Origin: Hormiphora californensis
Taxonomy: Eukaryota > Animalia > Ctenophora
NCBI GenBank assembly: GCA_020137815.1
Contig: CM035352.1
Location: 6,758,001-6,822,000, forward strand
Length of the DNA: 64,000 nucleotides
Direction of reading: 5' to 3'
Positions within the stretch are counted from its first letter, which is position 1, and each line of letters starts with the position of its first letter. The notes under the pieces were generated by a model that saw only the letters and a program-made list of their open reading frames with translations, had not been told where the DNA came from and did no database searches. Positions 49,552-62,282 of the stretch are shown in pieces. The position numbers and the translations under genes are program-made.

Positions 49552-51883
49552 AGGGGGCTGGCGTGGTTAACTGGTAATTTCATAGTGATCTTTAGTTAGA
49601 TTTATGGTTAGCCAGTTCGTATCTTCGTATTGCGAATTATTTGGAGAGTGCTGGTCCAGTTATCACAGGACCTTCTAGAATCGCTAGTGGTTATACGATT
49701 TTTTAACGTGCTTATTCGATAACTAGTACCTTTCACCGAGAAAAAAATTCGATGGAGAAAGTCAGACATGCGGTAATAAATTGCAGGGAGTGACCGTATA
49801 TAAATGATGTGACCGTATACAAATTATGTATGAACTGAATGACCTAGCTAATGAAACTCATTGACTCACACATATGATTTGCATATTTGGCAAAACAGGT
49901 CCGCTGTTATCACGTGCCCCTGGTTCGTCCTATCAAAATGTGCCTTTTTCTGACCTGAAACATGTTAATTATCAGTTAATTATCAGTTTCTGATTATAAT
50001 TATATTATAGACCCCGTTTGTAACTCAACAATACCCAATGTAGCTTGAGAGATTAATTTGGTTGCTTGTTGTCAGGCCAATGTTCTGACCACAGTTCTCG
50101 CGAAATGAGAATATGGTTAGGCCAATGCTCTGACAGGTTGCTTGTTCATCACACACTGATATAAAGCATAATCTCACCCTCATATATCTACACCCCCTGC
50201 TGCCCTGTAAAAAGTGCAATAAAGGCTGTCACTTGACAGGGTCAGGGCTACCTAATAAACCACTCTCACCAGTCACCACTATACTACTGACACCACTGCA
50301 GTGCACTGTCACCACTGTCCCTTATCAGTCTCACCTCACCACTCTCATACTTCATGACACATGTGGTGTCACGCCACTTGCTTGTTACACGTGTTTCAAT
50401 TGAGATTAGCTTGTTAGAATCACAGCTGTGTAGACAACAACACATGTTCCAGGTTGACCACATGTTGACCACAGATTGATCTCACATATTATACACCACA
50501 TGTCTTGATCTTCATCTACCAACATGAAGGAGGGAGATATATCTCCTATCTAGATATATCTCCTATCTAGATACTCATTCACTGTATCACACTAGCAGAG
50601 CTACAGACGTCATATAATAGTCATATACTAGTCATTACATTATGTGTAACATGTTAGATATACTGCTGCAGTACGTGATGTGTACCTGAGTATTATTAAT
50701 ATTGTGACCTCAATACAACACATGGCATTATGTCTGTCTATTTGTCCTCATATTCGTACACAATATATCAACACATTCATTGATCTATGTAAACTTATTC
50801 CCAATGCAACATGTGCAACTTATGCCATGAGATTATGATTAACAATTCAAAAGAGTCGTCTTGAAATTCCACACTCCTTAAACATGATTGCTTTCAGCAC
50901 TCACTGACTCACCCGGGCAGGGACCAAGGGAATGGTAAATAGTGTGACTTTCAAGTCGATCTGAGTTCCAATTTATTGACCCCCCAGTGAGTTTCAATTT
51001 GATTGAATGCAATTACCGTATGTAGAGAGCTCTCCTCGAATTATCCCAGTGTCAGCTGGGTCCGTCAATGTACAGATAACCTTTGTTACAACTGTTATCC
51101 CAAATACCAACACCGATACCTGAAAATGAATGGGGAATATTGGATAGTGTTTATAACATTTAGTGTGGATTTGTTTTGTTCAGACCCTTTTTATTTTAAA
51201 GGATCGGGCAAAGCAATTGTGTGGATCACACTCTACTAGACATTTGTTATTAGTTGGCAAATGCCAAATAGCGATTGGTAATTTTGTGGGCCACATGTGT
51301 AAGACAGCTGGTTCACTGTACCCCCACAATAAGTCCCCAGGTACACTGACATGACACACACAATAAGTGTGTGTGTGATGTCAGCTTACTGTTAGAATTC
51401 TTCAACACAGTTATATAGTGGAGGGACGCCCACCCACCCCGGAGAAACTTGTTGAGTACCCCTTACTAGTAAGAGGAACACGATCTATTTCAGTATTTCA
51501 TACAGTATTTCATACAGTACAGCTGTATAGTGGAGAGGTACATGATCTATTTCTAGATACTGATCTAGTTTTTACAAGCATATTGAATTCCATCCGATAC
51601 ATAACCAGTCTGGCGGGAAGCCACCATGTGTATATTGAGCTTTTATACGTGCGAACTCCCCACCACAATCTCTTTCTCTCGTTATCCATATTTCTAATCT
51701 TTCTATCTCCCCTCTCTCTCTATCTCCTTCTTTCTTTCTCTCTCCATCTCCATCTTTGTCTCTCTCTCTCTCCCTCCCTCAAGATCATTTTTATTCCTCG
51801 GATGTTCGTCTGCTGCATACAAACTACGCAAAATGATTTTTCTCACCATCTCCCCCTCATCCTACAGCCTCTTTTTCTCTCAC

Positions 51884-51960
<77 letters not shown>

Positions 51961-52352
51961 AAGAGATAGCACGCAGATCCTGCTTGTCAAGTGCGTTTTA
52001 GAACGATGAGAGAGAGAGAGAGATCACTACTACGTACCGTAAGGAGGACCAATTGATATGGCCCGGAAGTATACTGACACAGGACCAGGAAGTGTGCTAG
52101 AGAGAAGAGAAGTAGGACTACTACCGCCAATACCTAGGGGAGGGGAGTTGGTTATACAGGGTGGCTCATAAACATCCGGGGGGGGGGGACTTGTTACGTG
52201 GTTGTGAAATTTGAAAACCGCTTACTCAAAAAGTAAAAGATAACACTCAAATCATGGACTCTAAATTTTAATTGATGGGCAGCGTTTACCTGATATGCGT
52301 TAGTGGGCCAAGTGAGTCCGTTCCTTCGATCAGGCCGACGCACACATATCAT
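45758..52352 (-). CDS. ZDHHC1/11: DHHC palmitoyltransferase, ZDHHC1/ZDHHC11 type, multi-exon
   Basis: GT-AG exons: 52290-52352 ([13 protein letters not shown]), 52038-52133, 51017-51119 (TLTDPAD), 47086-47187 ([30 protein letters not shown]), 46621-46736, 46141-46288, 45969-46038 (HGWTTWDY) and 45758-45871. Phases agree across all junctions except the unresolved one, where the exon carrying the first CxxC was not located. Confidence 0.92.
49017..49160 (+). repeat. Interspersed hairpin repeat family, possibly Helentron/HINE-like
   Basis: TTGTTATGTTCTAACCCTCCCTTTACATTTGTAAAGG...GGTCGAG..GGCAAC also occurs at about 15207 and 32021. Fragments lie at about 7470 (minus), 26215 (minus), 29335 and 53890. 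Confidence 0.6.
49180..49258. repeat. 79-bp near-perfect palindrome
   Basis: ATATGCTGCAGTTGAC..CCCTGA T TCAGGG..GTCAACTGCAGCATAT. Confidence 0.85.
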
Positions 52353-53222
52353 TACCTTCTATAAAGCTTAGTAACTTGAATTAGTAAAGTAGGAATCCTA
52401 CTAGTAATTAGTATAGGACACAAATTACGGGTTGGCCTTTACTTGTTGTTACTCAACAAGGTTGGGCACGGTATTAGGTGTTTCAGGGGATGAAATACAA
52501 AGGTGGTTAAAATCAAAGCAGCTCAGACATTTTAGATGACGAGTTTATGTCAGAAAATCTGATGTAATAATCTAGAAAAAAACGTTAGGAGCAGTGAGAC
52601 ATAAATTTGCGTGATCATTCCAAGAACCAAACTGTCAGGGACAGTTAAAAGCTTTATAAAACTGTTTCAGTTCAATATGCATGAAGCTAAAAGCTTTGAC
52701 ATGAAATTGCAAGAAAATAAATAATCATTTGAAAGACAAGATTTTCTTCAAAAACATATTTTTAATTTTCAAACTACATATGTACAAATGTAAAACATTT
52801 CAAAATATAAATAAATCACGTTTTTAAATAATAAAACACGTTTTTAGATAATTAAATTGATCATCGAATCAGGCTGTTATAGGGTCACGAGAAAAAAAAC
52901 AAGTTCTCAGAACGTTGGGTCACAACTTTGAGCCATCCACATCTTACAAAACAAAACGACACAACCTTTTTTGGGCACGGTGAGAGAGGATCGAGCACGG
53001 TGACTCATACTCATACCATGTTGGAGCTAGGAAGCAGACTTTTGCAAACCTCCTAAAGCAAGGAAAATAAAACAGTTCTTGAGTCTAGTTATATTACCAC
53101 GTTATATAAAAGTATATCACGATCAAGGGATCACAGAATAAAAAGGACTGAAACTGCAGCAGGTGTCCTGGGTCGTGGGTACTAGGGGAAGAGAAATGAC
53201 GGGAGACGTAGTGAGGAGTAAG

Positions 53223-53260
<38 letters not shown>

Positions 53261-54407
53261 TGAGAGGAGAGCGAGAAGAGAGAGACGAAGAGACAGAACG
53301 GAGAGAAGAGAGAGAGAGAGCGAGGAAATGTATCGAATCAGCCAGAGCAGACAACATGACAAAGATATTACGTTAGAGCAGACACACCCAAAATTGTAAT
53401 TTCTAAGAATTATAGAAAGGCACTACACTCCAGACAGATATCTGAAGGCTAGGGACCACAAATCTAAACCCGTAGCATAAAAGAACTAACTAGGATCTAG
53501 AAGCTGCTTGTCAAACTTTCCGCGCTGCGCGGGGCACGAGAAGAGTATGGAGATAGAGACGACGAGAGGAGAGGAGAGTCGAACAAGCAAACTGAGATTA
53601 ATAGCCTTCTACAGACAAAGACACAAAATGATCTGTAGCATACACCCAAAAATTAGTAATCTTGCATAAAGAATTTTATATTTAAAGGCACTTACAACTT
53701 CCAGACATGTATATCTTGACAGGCGGGGACCCTACCTCTAATCTTACCTCTAATCTAACTTCTCCCCGTAGCATAAAATACCCTTAATCCTTATGGATCT
53801 AGAAGCTTGCTTTGTTCAAACCCTATTCCTCTCGCTGTCGCGGGGCACGTAGAGACTAGAGAGGGTTGTTTTGTTCAAACCCCGCGGGGAGGGAGGGTCG
53901 AACAAGGCAAAGAGAGAGAGAGAGAGGGTTGAGAAAGGCAACTACAGAAACCTGCACGCGTGACACGGCCGGGTAAACACTTTACCAATTCGACAGCTAC
54001 TTAGTATTAGTAGTGATGAACTGATCAGCACCCCCTGCTGCTGCTGATCACGATCATTATGCGGTTTTTAAATAATTTTTTATAGGGAGCAGTTCAAACC
54101 AACAATCTAACTTGTTTTGGAGTGTGGTGAGACAGGGTACTATGGAGCAAACTATGTTGTAGTGGCACTGTGGTTCAAGCAGCTGAACATATTTCTCTAT
54201 TTTCCGTTATCCCCAACACCTGCTAATAATTTCGAACATAGCCATATGCGGTTATTTCGATCGCACCGGCAGCAAGAAAAGGTCACATTTTGCAGTTTCA
54301 AAAGGACCCCAAAATATAAAAATAGCACTCTGTGAAAACTGTGAAACTAGGAGATGCTGAGGGAAAACAGATTGGGTTATCACGAGCAAAGATCTTATCT
54401 GGAAGAC

Positions 54408-54597
54408 GGAAGTGCTGTTTACAAACTGACAAGTATCTGGAAGTGCTGTTTACAAACTGACAAGTATCTGGAGGTGCTGTTTACAAATTGAAAATTTTCT
54501 GGAAGTGCTGTTTACAAACTGACAAATATCTGGAAGTGCTGTTTACAAACTGACAAATATCTGGAAGTGCTATTTACAAACTGACAATTATCTGGGA
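54408..54597. repeat. 31-bp tandem repeat, 6 copies
   Basis: Unit GGAAGTGCTGTTTACAAACTGACAARTATCT. Confidence 0.92.
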
Positions 54598-54611
54598 GTC
54601 TACAAATCTTC

Positions 54612-56718
54612 TCAACTGGGCCCGCCCTGTTTCTGAAGTGCTGTTTTCAAAAAGTCATTAGTTTTCCTCAACTCCTCGATCTTTTTCTCTGTAGCCAACA
54701 TCCACGCTTGGTACCGTTCACCCCATGTTTTCTGTATTTCCTGTCTCAACCTCTCTTCCACCCCACACCACGCAGCCTCTTTCTCTGATAACTCCCTCAG
54801 TGAGTCCGTTATTCGTTTCTCCAGGTCCATAATATGAGCAGCCTGGAGCTGATTTTCCTCTTTCAGGGCATAATTCTCCCTCCTCAACCGATCCAATTCC
54901 CCATTGTCAGATTTCTGGCCCTTTATAATTCCTAATTCTTCCTCATGGGCATGCTTTAGGGTGGACATGTCCCGCAGCATTTGTTCACGTAAGTAATGAC
55001 AACTTTCCTTCGTGAGAGGTCGGTCTGTTGGTGGAGCTGTGCTTTTAGATCAATAACTTGTGCTTGTAGGGCCTCGATTAGGGCGAGACTCTGGTTCAGT
55101 TCACCTTGGAGTCGATCCTCTTCACCCTGTTTTACCTGAAATGTAATATATGTGGTGAGCTCGTGCATTTTCACTCAGAAAAGTGATACCAGGTGGTCTG
55201 TCATTTCTTCGCTCGCCCCCCCCCCCTCTCTCTCCCTCTCTTGACAGGGTGGAGGGGGCATAATGATCGGAGTGAGGGTACAGATCATTAGTCAACAATG
55301 TATTTATGTTGCCATGGCAACAGGCAACAAAGATCGGCTGCATATGTAATTGGAACTTTTATAATCACCGACGAGAATAATCAGTAATCACAGATCTACA
55401 ATATAGTGTAATTACTGAACATACAGTGTAATGAAACTGGCAACATTATGAGATACAGCTGTGGTATGTTTCGATTATTGAATAACAAAAAGTAACGTTA
55501 CAGCGTACACAGACGATCACATTTACACGTGAATCATTGAGTGATGACTTATAATGAGGATATCAAAATTCACATCCATCAAGTACCTAATACCTTGGAT
55601 CTGTGGTGGTGGAGCGATGGGGGACTTGCTCGCGTCGGAGGAGGGACTGGTACTAAGATCCCCGCCACCAGTCAGTAAAGATTTACTTGATCTCCGAGAA
55701 CTGAAGCTAGGTGTACGACCAACAGTTCCACCCTCCTTCTTTACAATAGTTTGGAGTTTCGCACGTCGCAACTCGTCCAATCTTAGCAAAAGAAAACTTA
55801 TTGTTAGGGCAACACTGACCAAAATAAATGGAATAAACAAGAATTATTTGCATTATGTATCCATAATGCTACGTTTCCCTGCCCTCTTCGATTTGCCATT
55901 CAACTCGCCCAACGAGTAAGCTGTCCGCAAAATGGGGATTTGTGTTTTTCGAATTTTTGAACAAAACGCAGAACAGATTTTTCAATTTCTCCATAATTTT
56001 CACAAATCAAAACGCGCGGCCGATATAAAACAAATTTTGCCGCGCGTTACAGTTTATAGCCGCGCGCCCCTCATAAAATTTCAATTGTTTGTGCGCGCGA
56101 ATGTTACTCCGCAAGTGTCAGATCGCGAGGTTGCCCGTCGCAACGAAAGTGTGACCAAAATGGTCCCTCTACCGATTAGTTAGTATACCAAAATGTCGTT
56201 TTCGAATTCTAACCCTGCTATGCCTTTTTACAAAGTAAAAAGGCATCCGGGTGAATGCCTTCGGCATTCACCCGGGCAGGGAAAAAATATATGAGCTGGC
56301 TTACAGTGATGCTGTGCGGGCGGCCAACATGACGGAGCACCACAGTCAGGGATGGGGAAACCTTATTGTAAATGATGGTCATCAGCGTAATATATTTATT
56401 GAACTTTAGACATTCCCAATTCCCCTATCCATCGTCCCCCATTTTATTGATAGGGACCACCCACCATGAATCCAAATATAATATATCATTAACATTTCCG
56501 GCAACTCTTGAACTTTCCCTCTCCTCACAGGTTGACAAGGTAAAACTAAAAATTGCTTGTATCTCACCCTCACACACACATTTTGACAACTATGAATCTC
56601 TCTTTTCTCTCTCTCTCTCCAACCTGCTCTTCAACGTTGCATTTTCCTTTTCAAGTTCCCTAATACGGCTCCGTGAGGTGGCGAGGTCCTCTGTGGTAGT
56701 GGCCCGTTTCAGTGACAT
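54612..56718 (-). CDS. Uncharacterised coiled-coil protein, multi-exon
   Basis: Exon 56624-56718 (MSLKRATTTEDLATSRSRIRELEKENATLKSR) splices in phase to about 55590-55781 (LDELRRAKL..). The last exon, about 54612-55135, has heptad repeats and an apparent frameshift near 54990. Confidence 0.75.
55308..55321. promoter_or_regulatory. Perfect RFX X-box
   Basis: GTTGCCATGGCAAC palindrome, intronic. Confidence 0.5.
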
Positions 56719-57596
56719 AGCTGGAGATGTAAACACCTAGCAAGAGGGAAGGGAGATGTAGATATGGTGGTGGGGAGGAGGGGAAGGGAGAGGGGCGATG
56801 GCGATAAGAAAGGAAGGTGGGGAGGAGGGAGATGGGCGATGGGAACAAGGGAAGGGATATTGGCCATTGGGACATGGAAAGGGAGGTGGAGAGTCTCCAC
56901 CGGAGACAGGGAAGAGGGATTGGGACAGGGTTAGGGAGAGGGGCGATGGAGGTAGGGTGGTGGCATGGGGAGAGGGGCGGTGGAAGTAGGGTGGTGTGGA
57001 GGAGAGGAAGGGATATTTGGGCGATGGAAATAGAGTGGTGGGGAGGAGGGGAAGGGAGGGGGATGGAGATAGAGTGGTGGGGAAGGGAGAGGGGCGATGG
57101 AGGTAGGGAGGAGGGGAAGGGAGGACAATAGCCTGGGGTGATATCAGTGATATATTAGGATGATCTCACAGAGAAAGTGCAGGAATAGGAGTAAATATAC
57201 AACGCAGTGTTACATATAAATGTGAAATGTAGAAACCGGCGAACATACAAAACATTTTAGACCTCAAATATACACATTTTATTTGTATAAAACACTTGGG
57301 CACACACAAGTATTCCTCTCTCTCTGATCCTGCTTCTCTACTTAGCAAGATGGGGCACGTCGTGCCCAAATAAGACTCTGAATATCGCTCAACTACTCCT
57401 GAACCGGAGATAAAAATTCATTTACACATCCTCTTTTAGATGGATGGTAAAGATTCTTAATTTTAAATAAATAAAATAATTTAAATTCAAAAGACACAAA
57501 TTTCAAGTAATGTAAGAGCTTTTCTCGAGAATATAACCAGCACCTATAACTCTCTCTAAATAGCTGAGATGCTATAATACTCTCAGTACGCTCGAA

Positions 57597-57776
57597 AGTA
57601 CCACTCAAATAACGGCTGATTCTCTGTACAGTACCCACTCAAATAATAGCTTATTCTCTGTATAATAGTACCCACTCAAATAACGGCTGATTCTCTGTAC
57701 AGTACCCACTCAAATAATAGCTTATTCTCTGTATAATAGTACCCACTCTGCACTCAAATAATGGCTGATTCTCTGT
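57597..57776. repeat. Tandem repeat of about 33-37 bp, roughly 5 alternating units
   Basis: AGTACCCACTCAAATAA(CGGCTG/TAGCTT)ATTCTCTGTA units. Confidence 0.85.
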
Positions 57777-60738
57777 AGTGGCCGCTAAGTGGTTTACACA
57801 GTGAAATAACGGACCGTAGGTACACCAGCAGTCTGCAACACTTTGTGGAAACAACCCCACCACCAGCAGCACTGTTCGCCAGTATTTTAGCAATATCGTA
57901 CGCACTACCAAAGTGTCGGAGTCGAACCAGAACAATACAATAATTGTATAAATCCTGTCCTGTGGTTTTGTCTGTAATGATCACTGACACACTCACTCTC
58001 CCATCCGAATAGTTCCCTGTACACCTCAGCCGCGCTGTTGAACCTACCAATGTTTGCATAACACACTGCCTGAAGTCTCAAACTGTCCTTGTTCGACAGG
58101 CCAGTACGTTTCATGTACTTCAACCACTGATAGACAGTTAGTATAGTGTTGATTAGCTGCGTGTACTGAGGCATAGGATAGCAGGATACGTGATACAAGG
58201 TGGGGAGGGGTCCGTACCAGAGCACCTCTCCAACACCCCATGCAGTGCATCCTCAATGGCGTCATCTCGTCTCACAATGTGAAGAAGGGTGCAATACCCA
58301 AACACCTGACCTAATCTCCCATACCTGGTGTATGGTGCTCGAACACGCCCACTGCACGCTCAAAGAACCGAGCAGCGAGGGAGCCCCTGACCGAGACTTT
58401 TAACTAGCCCGGAGTGAGCTAGAAGCAGCTGGACAGCCTCATTCAGCTGGTCAAGTAACATTGATTGACAGTAAATCTTGTGAAGGACAACCTCTGCCAT
58501 CGCAATCCGACCCCCGTTCGTTGCATAAAGTTTGCATCGCATGAGTTGGGATTTGAAACACGGTTCCGCATCAGTCCTACACTCAATATCCCGGGCTCTC
58601 TGAGCGTATAGAAGACATTGATAGGGAGATGTGTTGGCAAAGAGGTGTGATAGTATCCTGTAAATAAGGATCTGCTCCCCAACAGGATACCCAGAATAAT
58701 CTCCAACACACAGGACGGGGCTGAGTTGAGATGATGTCTGGTGGTAGACTGAGTACGCCAGGGCCTCTGGATTGCTGCCAATAACCTGCCCCAACCTGGC
58801 ACTCTTAGTCAGGATCAGCAGGGGTTTTAAGTCATTCAAGTGGAGGTGGGGGCACGGACAGGTGGAGAGATGTTCAAGAAAGGGTGATACCAGGTTTTCA
58901 GCCATAAGAGGGGAAGGTACGGTGAGGTACCGGGGTGATAACTCAACCAACCCACGGTCTGACCTGATGATGCCAAGGGTTCGGAGACAGCAACTTAGCT
59001 GCAGGTAGGTGATCACACCACATTTTAGAAGCGACGCTAGACACACATCTGGGAGTCCAGTCTGGAAGACAGTTAGAAACTGAACCACAACCTCCCCCAG
59101 ACCAACAAGTTCCTCGGGCAGGGCAGATAGTAGGACCTTTACAGGCCGGATACTGGCCAACATGCGGACTGCTGGGGTGTGGCTGGTGGAGAGGAAGACA
59201 GAGTCACACTGTTGAACCACTTGGACCGAGGTTGACTGTGCCAGGATGATGCATAATGATCGGGAGTGTTGCTGCCCCCTCAGGAACAACTCCAATGTTG
59301 GTGATGTTGTGGGAGAGGGAACAAACACCACAATGACCACCTTGAAAAAGAGGGACAGGTAGTTGATGAGATCGAACAAGAGCTCCTCTCTCAAATCTAA
59401 GTATTTCAAGTCCATACCGATTTGATAGCACAATGAAGACATTATCTGTAGGGCTATCTCATGGTAGCTGGTGTTAGCAGTAACCTCACACACCACAACT
59501 AGTTCACCTTCGTACCGGCTCATCAGATGGGAACAGAACACCATGGCATCTTCAGGGGAACAAGAAACGAACAGGGAGGATTTCATGTGATGGATATGGT
59601 AGTCCAGTTCGGTGAAATCACGTGAGCTCACTTGAGGAGCTACCGATACTGCCTGGTGTTTAGTTAGCACGGAGAACCGTCTCATGAAAAACATGGCATA
59701 ATCGAACACCAGGGGAACGGGACTCTCACTCTGCCAAAAATGTTGGACAAAAGTTTGAACTGAGATCTTTACCGCGGAGTTTATAACAGAATATTTGGTG
59801 TATCGGGCTGTTTTCTTCTCAATGGGTGGAAGACCCCTCCTGGGACAGGTATAGCAGAGGTGGTGGATGGGTTTGGAGGAGTTCAGGTGACACCCGTGAC
59901 TACACTGTTCACTGTCAATTATTATCAAGGAGTCGAGGGAAGGGTCAGGGAGATCGAGAGTAATGTCCGTTAGCTTGTAACTTGAGGTTAACATGGCAAA
60001 CTGGGACAGCAGCTCGGTGAGAATTTGTTCTGCAAGATGAGATGGGAGATCAGGACACACCAATATTCCCACTGATTTCCTCTCAACACGTTGCTCAAGG
60101 AAAGTGTTCAGCAGGAAATTATCCTGTATGCTGACGATAAATTCCGCAAATGATACCATGATGTGAGTGTTCAAAATATCGGAAAACTTGACCGACTCCT
60201 TCGAGCCATGATCCACTGACTTAATGGTTATGACATTTTCCAACTCCGTAACTTTGCTCCGGTAGAGCTTGACATTTTGCCTCATCGCCAGTTGACTATC
60301 AAGAGCACATAACAGTTCCTCGTGTATCCTTTGCTTGGACACACGAACTTTATCGATCTCTGATTTCAGTTTGGTATTTTGGTTCTTTAAAGTCTTGTTG
60401 GAAGACAATAGACCCTGAATTTGGTTGCTCATTTTACTCTTCAAATCATAAAGTTCATGCCTTAGCTTCTCATTTTGTCTCTTGTACTCGGACTTGTTGA
60501 GTGACAAAAACGAGGCATGACTCTCGTTCTTGTTAGAGCTGAGATTTGAAAAGAAAGAAGATGATCGATTCGCAGAGTCACCACGGAGTGAGATACGGTT
60601 AGCTGCCCCGTTCAGCCTCCGTCGAGGTTTTATCTCAATTGGAACAGATGTGTTTGGAAGCTGTTTGTTGATTTTCCCGAATGTATCCTCGTCAAGACAG
60701 ATCGATGTCTCTTGGGATCGCGATGATCCAGTGCCCAT
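57754..60738 (-). CDS. NPHP3: Nephrocystin-3-like protein (myristoylated N-terminus, coiled coil, degenerate NTPase, TPR-like C-terminus), apparently intronless
   Basis: MGTGSS..EDTFG..VPIEIKPRRRL parallels NPHP3 MGTASS..EDTYG..IPVEVKPKARL as recalled, followed by a coiled coil. The ORF runs to 58360, then TPR-like fragments appear in shifted frames (AARFFERAVGVFE, AVCYANIGRFNSAAEVY, DLYNYCIVLVRLRHFGSAYD). Confidence 0.78.
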
Positions 60739-61053
60739 CGCACTGGAATGTGAATCTAAAATACTCTCGGGTGTTAACCATGGACATAACAAGTTTTAAC
60801 TACAGAAAAATACGGATAGAAAACTCAAAAACTTTTTTGTGAGCGACATAAAATGCACAAAATGGGGGCCTTCTGCAGCCAAGGGAGAAATGCTTAATTC
60901 AGCAGGTTAGTTCAATCTCGTTACGGGGGTACGCATAGGGGGAAATCAAGGAATTGTATTGCGGGATAAGGCACCGCAGCGCTTTTCAAAACTCAAGCCA
61001 GAGAAATTTAACTTTTTAAAAAGTCGGACGAGAAATTTTCAGTTTGGGCCCAC

Positions 61054-61256
61054 TAGTGGAAGCTCTTACGGTATTTCCCACGCCCCGTGGGAAAGTTTTC
61101 AAACCGTGGGAAAAGAGAGATACATACAATAACATTAAAAAACAATTATTTTTTTAATGTTATTGTATGTATCTCTCTTTTCCCACGGTTCGAAAATTTT
61201 CCCACGGTCAAAAACTTTCCCACGGGGCGTGGGAAATACCGTAAGAGCTTCCATTA
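61054..61256. mobile_element. Palindromic MITE (TAGTGG...CCATTA)
   Basis: TAGTGGAAGCTCTTACGGTATTTCCCACGCCCCGTGGGAAAGTTTT is mirrored at the right end, with an inner palindrome. Confidence 0.85.
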
Positions 61257-61732
61257 AAGTCCGTTTCAAGCGACTTGACCCGTAAAGTCGGATTTTTTGA
61301 AACTGTCACCCCCCTGGGTATTTTCAAATTTCGTAAATGACCATAAATCCGGTTCCTGACGAGATAGAGACTTGAAATTTGGAGGTTACAAAGATCTTGC
61401 TAAGTTCTTCCGAACCTCCAAATTTCAAGTCTCTATCTTATCAGGAACCGGAGGTATGGCAAATTTTGTTATTTCAGGGGGGTGACAGTTTCAAAAAATC
61501 CGACTTTAATTCTTGGAATTTGGCGCATTGCGCGTGTAAAGTGAAAACGAAACAACAACGAACTGGCTGCGCGTCGCGCATTCGTTGCACATAACGATCT
61601 CACCGGAGAGATTCATATGCGCAACGTTGCGGGACGCGCAGCCAGTTCGTTGTTGTTTCGCTTACACTTTATTTACAAAGGGGAAATCCTGAATTTCCAG
61701 GAATCTCAGGTCAAGTCGTTTGAAACGCACTT
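61257..61732. mobile_element. AAGT-family MITE carrying two nested AAGT-family MITEs (61285-61506 and 61539-61669)
   Basis: Removing both inserts and one TA from each restores the 119-bp element at 13070-13188 in reverse complement. Confidence 0.92.
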
Positions 61733-62282
61733 TAAAAAAAAACATCATCAAACAAAATTGCAGCGCTGAAATGAAATATTTCGCGCGTTACGTATCATTT
61801 CGGGAGTTGCGGTCGACCGCGGCAAAATATTCGGACTTTGAAACAAACTTTGAACAAATCTTTAAAATCTCAAAAATGAAAAATCTTCAATTTTCAAAAA
61901 TTTGAAATTTCATGTACCTTGAAGTCCTTTTTCTCTAAATAAAAGTGTTGTACTACATAATAACGCTATACAAGTTGCATAAATTCTTTCATGAAAGGGT
62001 CGCCATGGCGGATGTGGCCCGAGGCCCTGTTCCGACTTCCGGGATCCCTCGGGCCTCTTGGCTCTGAGCCCTGCAGGGCAAGGACATTGACAGGGCGCAG
62101 TGGCTCGTAGCGGTCATTGACTGTAATTTTAATGTATTTTAATTTGATAAATGTGGGGATGTTACACTAAATCACACCAGACCGGACTTTGAAACACCTG
62201 TTCCAAACAGGCTGTTCGTACAATCAATCAACTAGTCTGTCAAATAGACTCTATTGAATACTCAGATTTTTATTATTAAGCC

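Noticed and set aside
53340-53940. Apparent tandem duplication of about 270-300 bp
   Set aside because: The copies differ almost only by scattered indels, typical of an unpolished long-read overlap.
62007-62067. Short uORF in a good Kozak context, containing an ETS motif, upstream of SFT2
   Set aside because: Only 20 codons with no independent support; could be promoter sequence.
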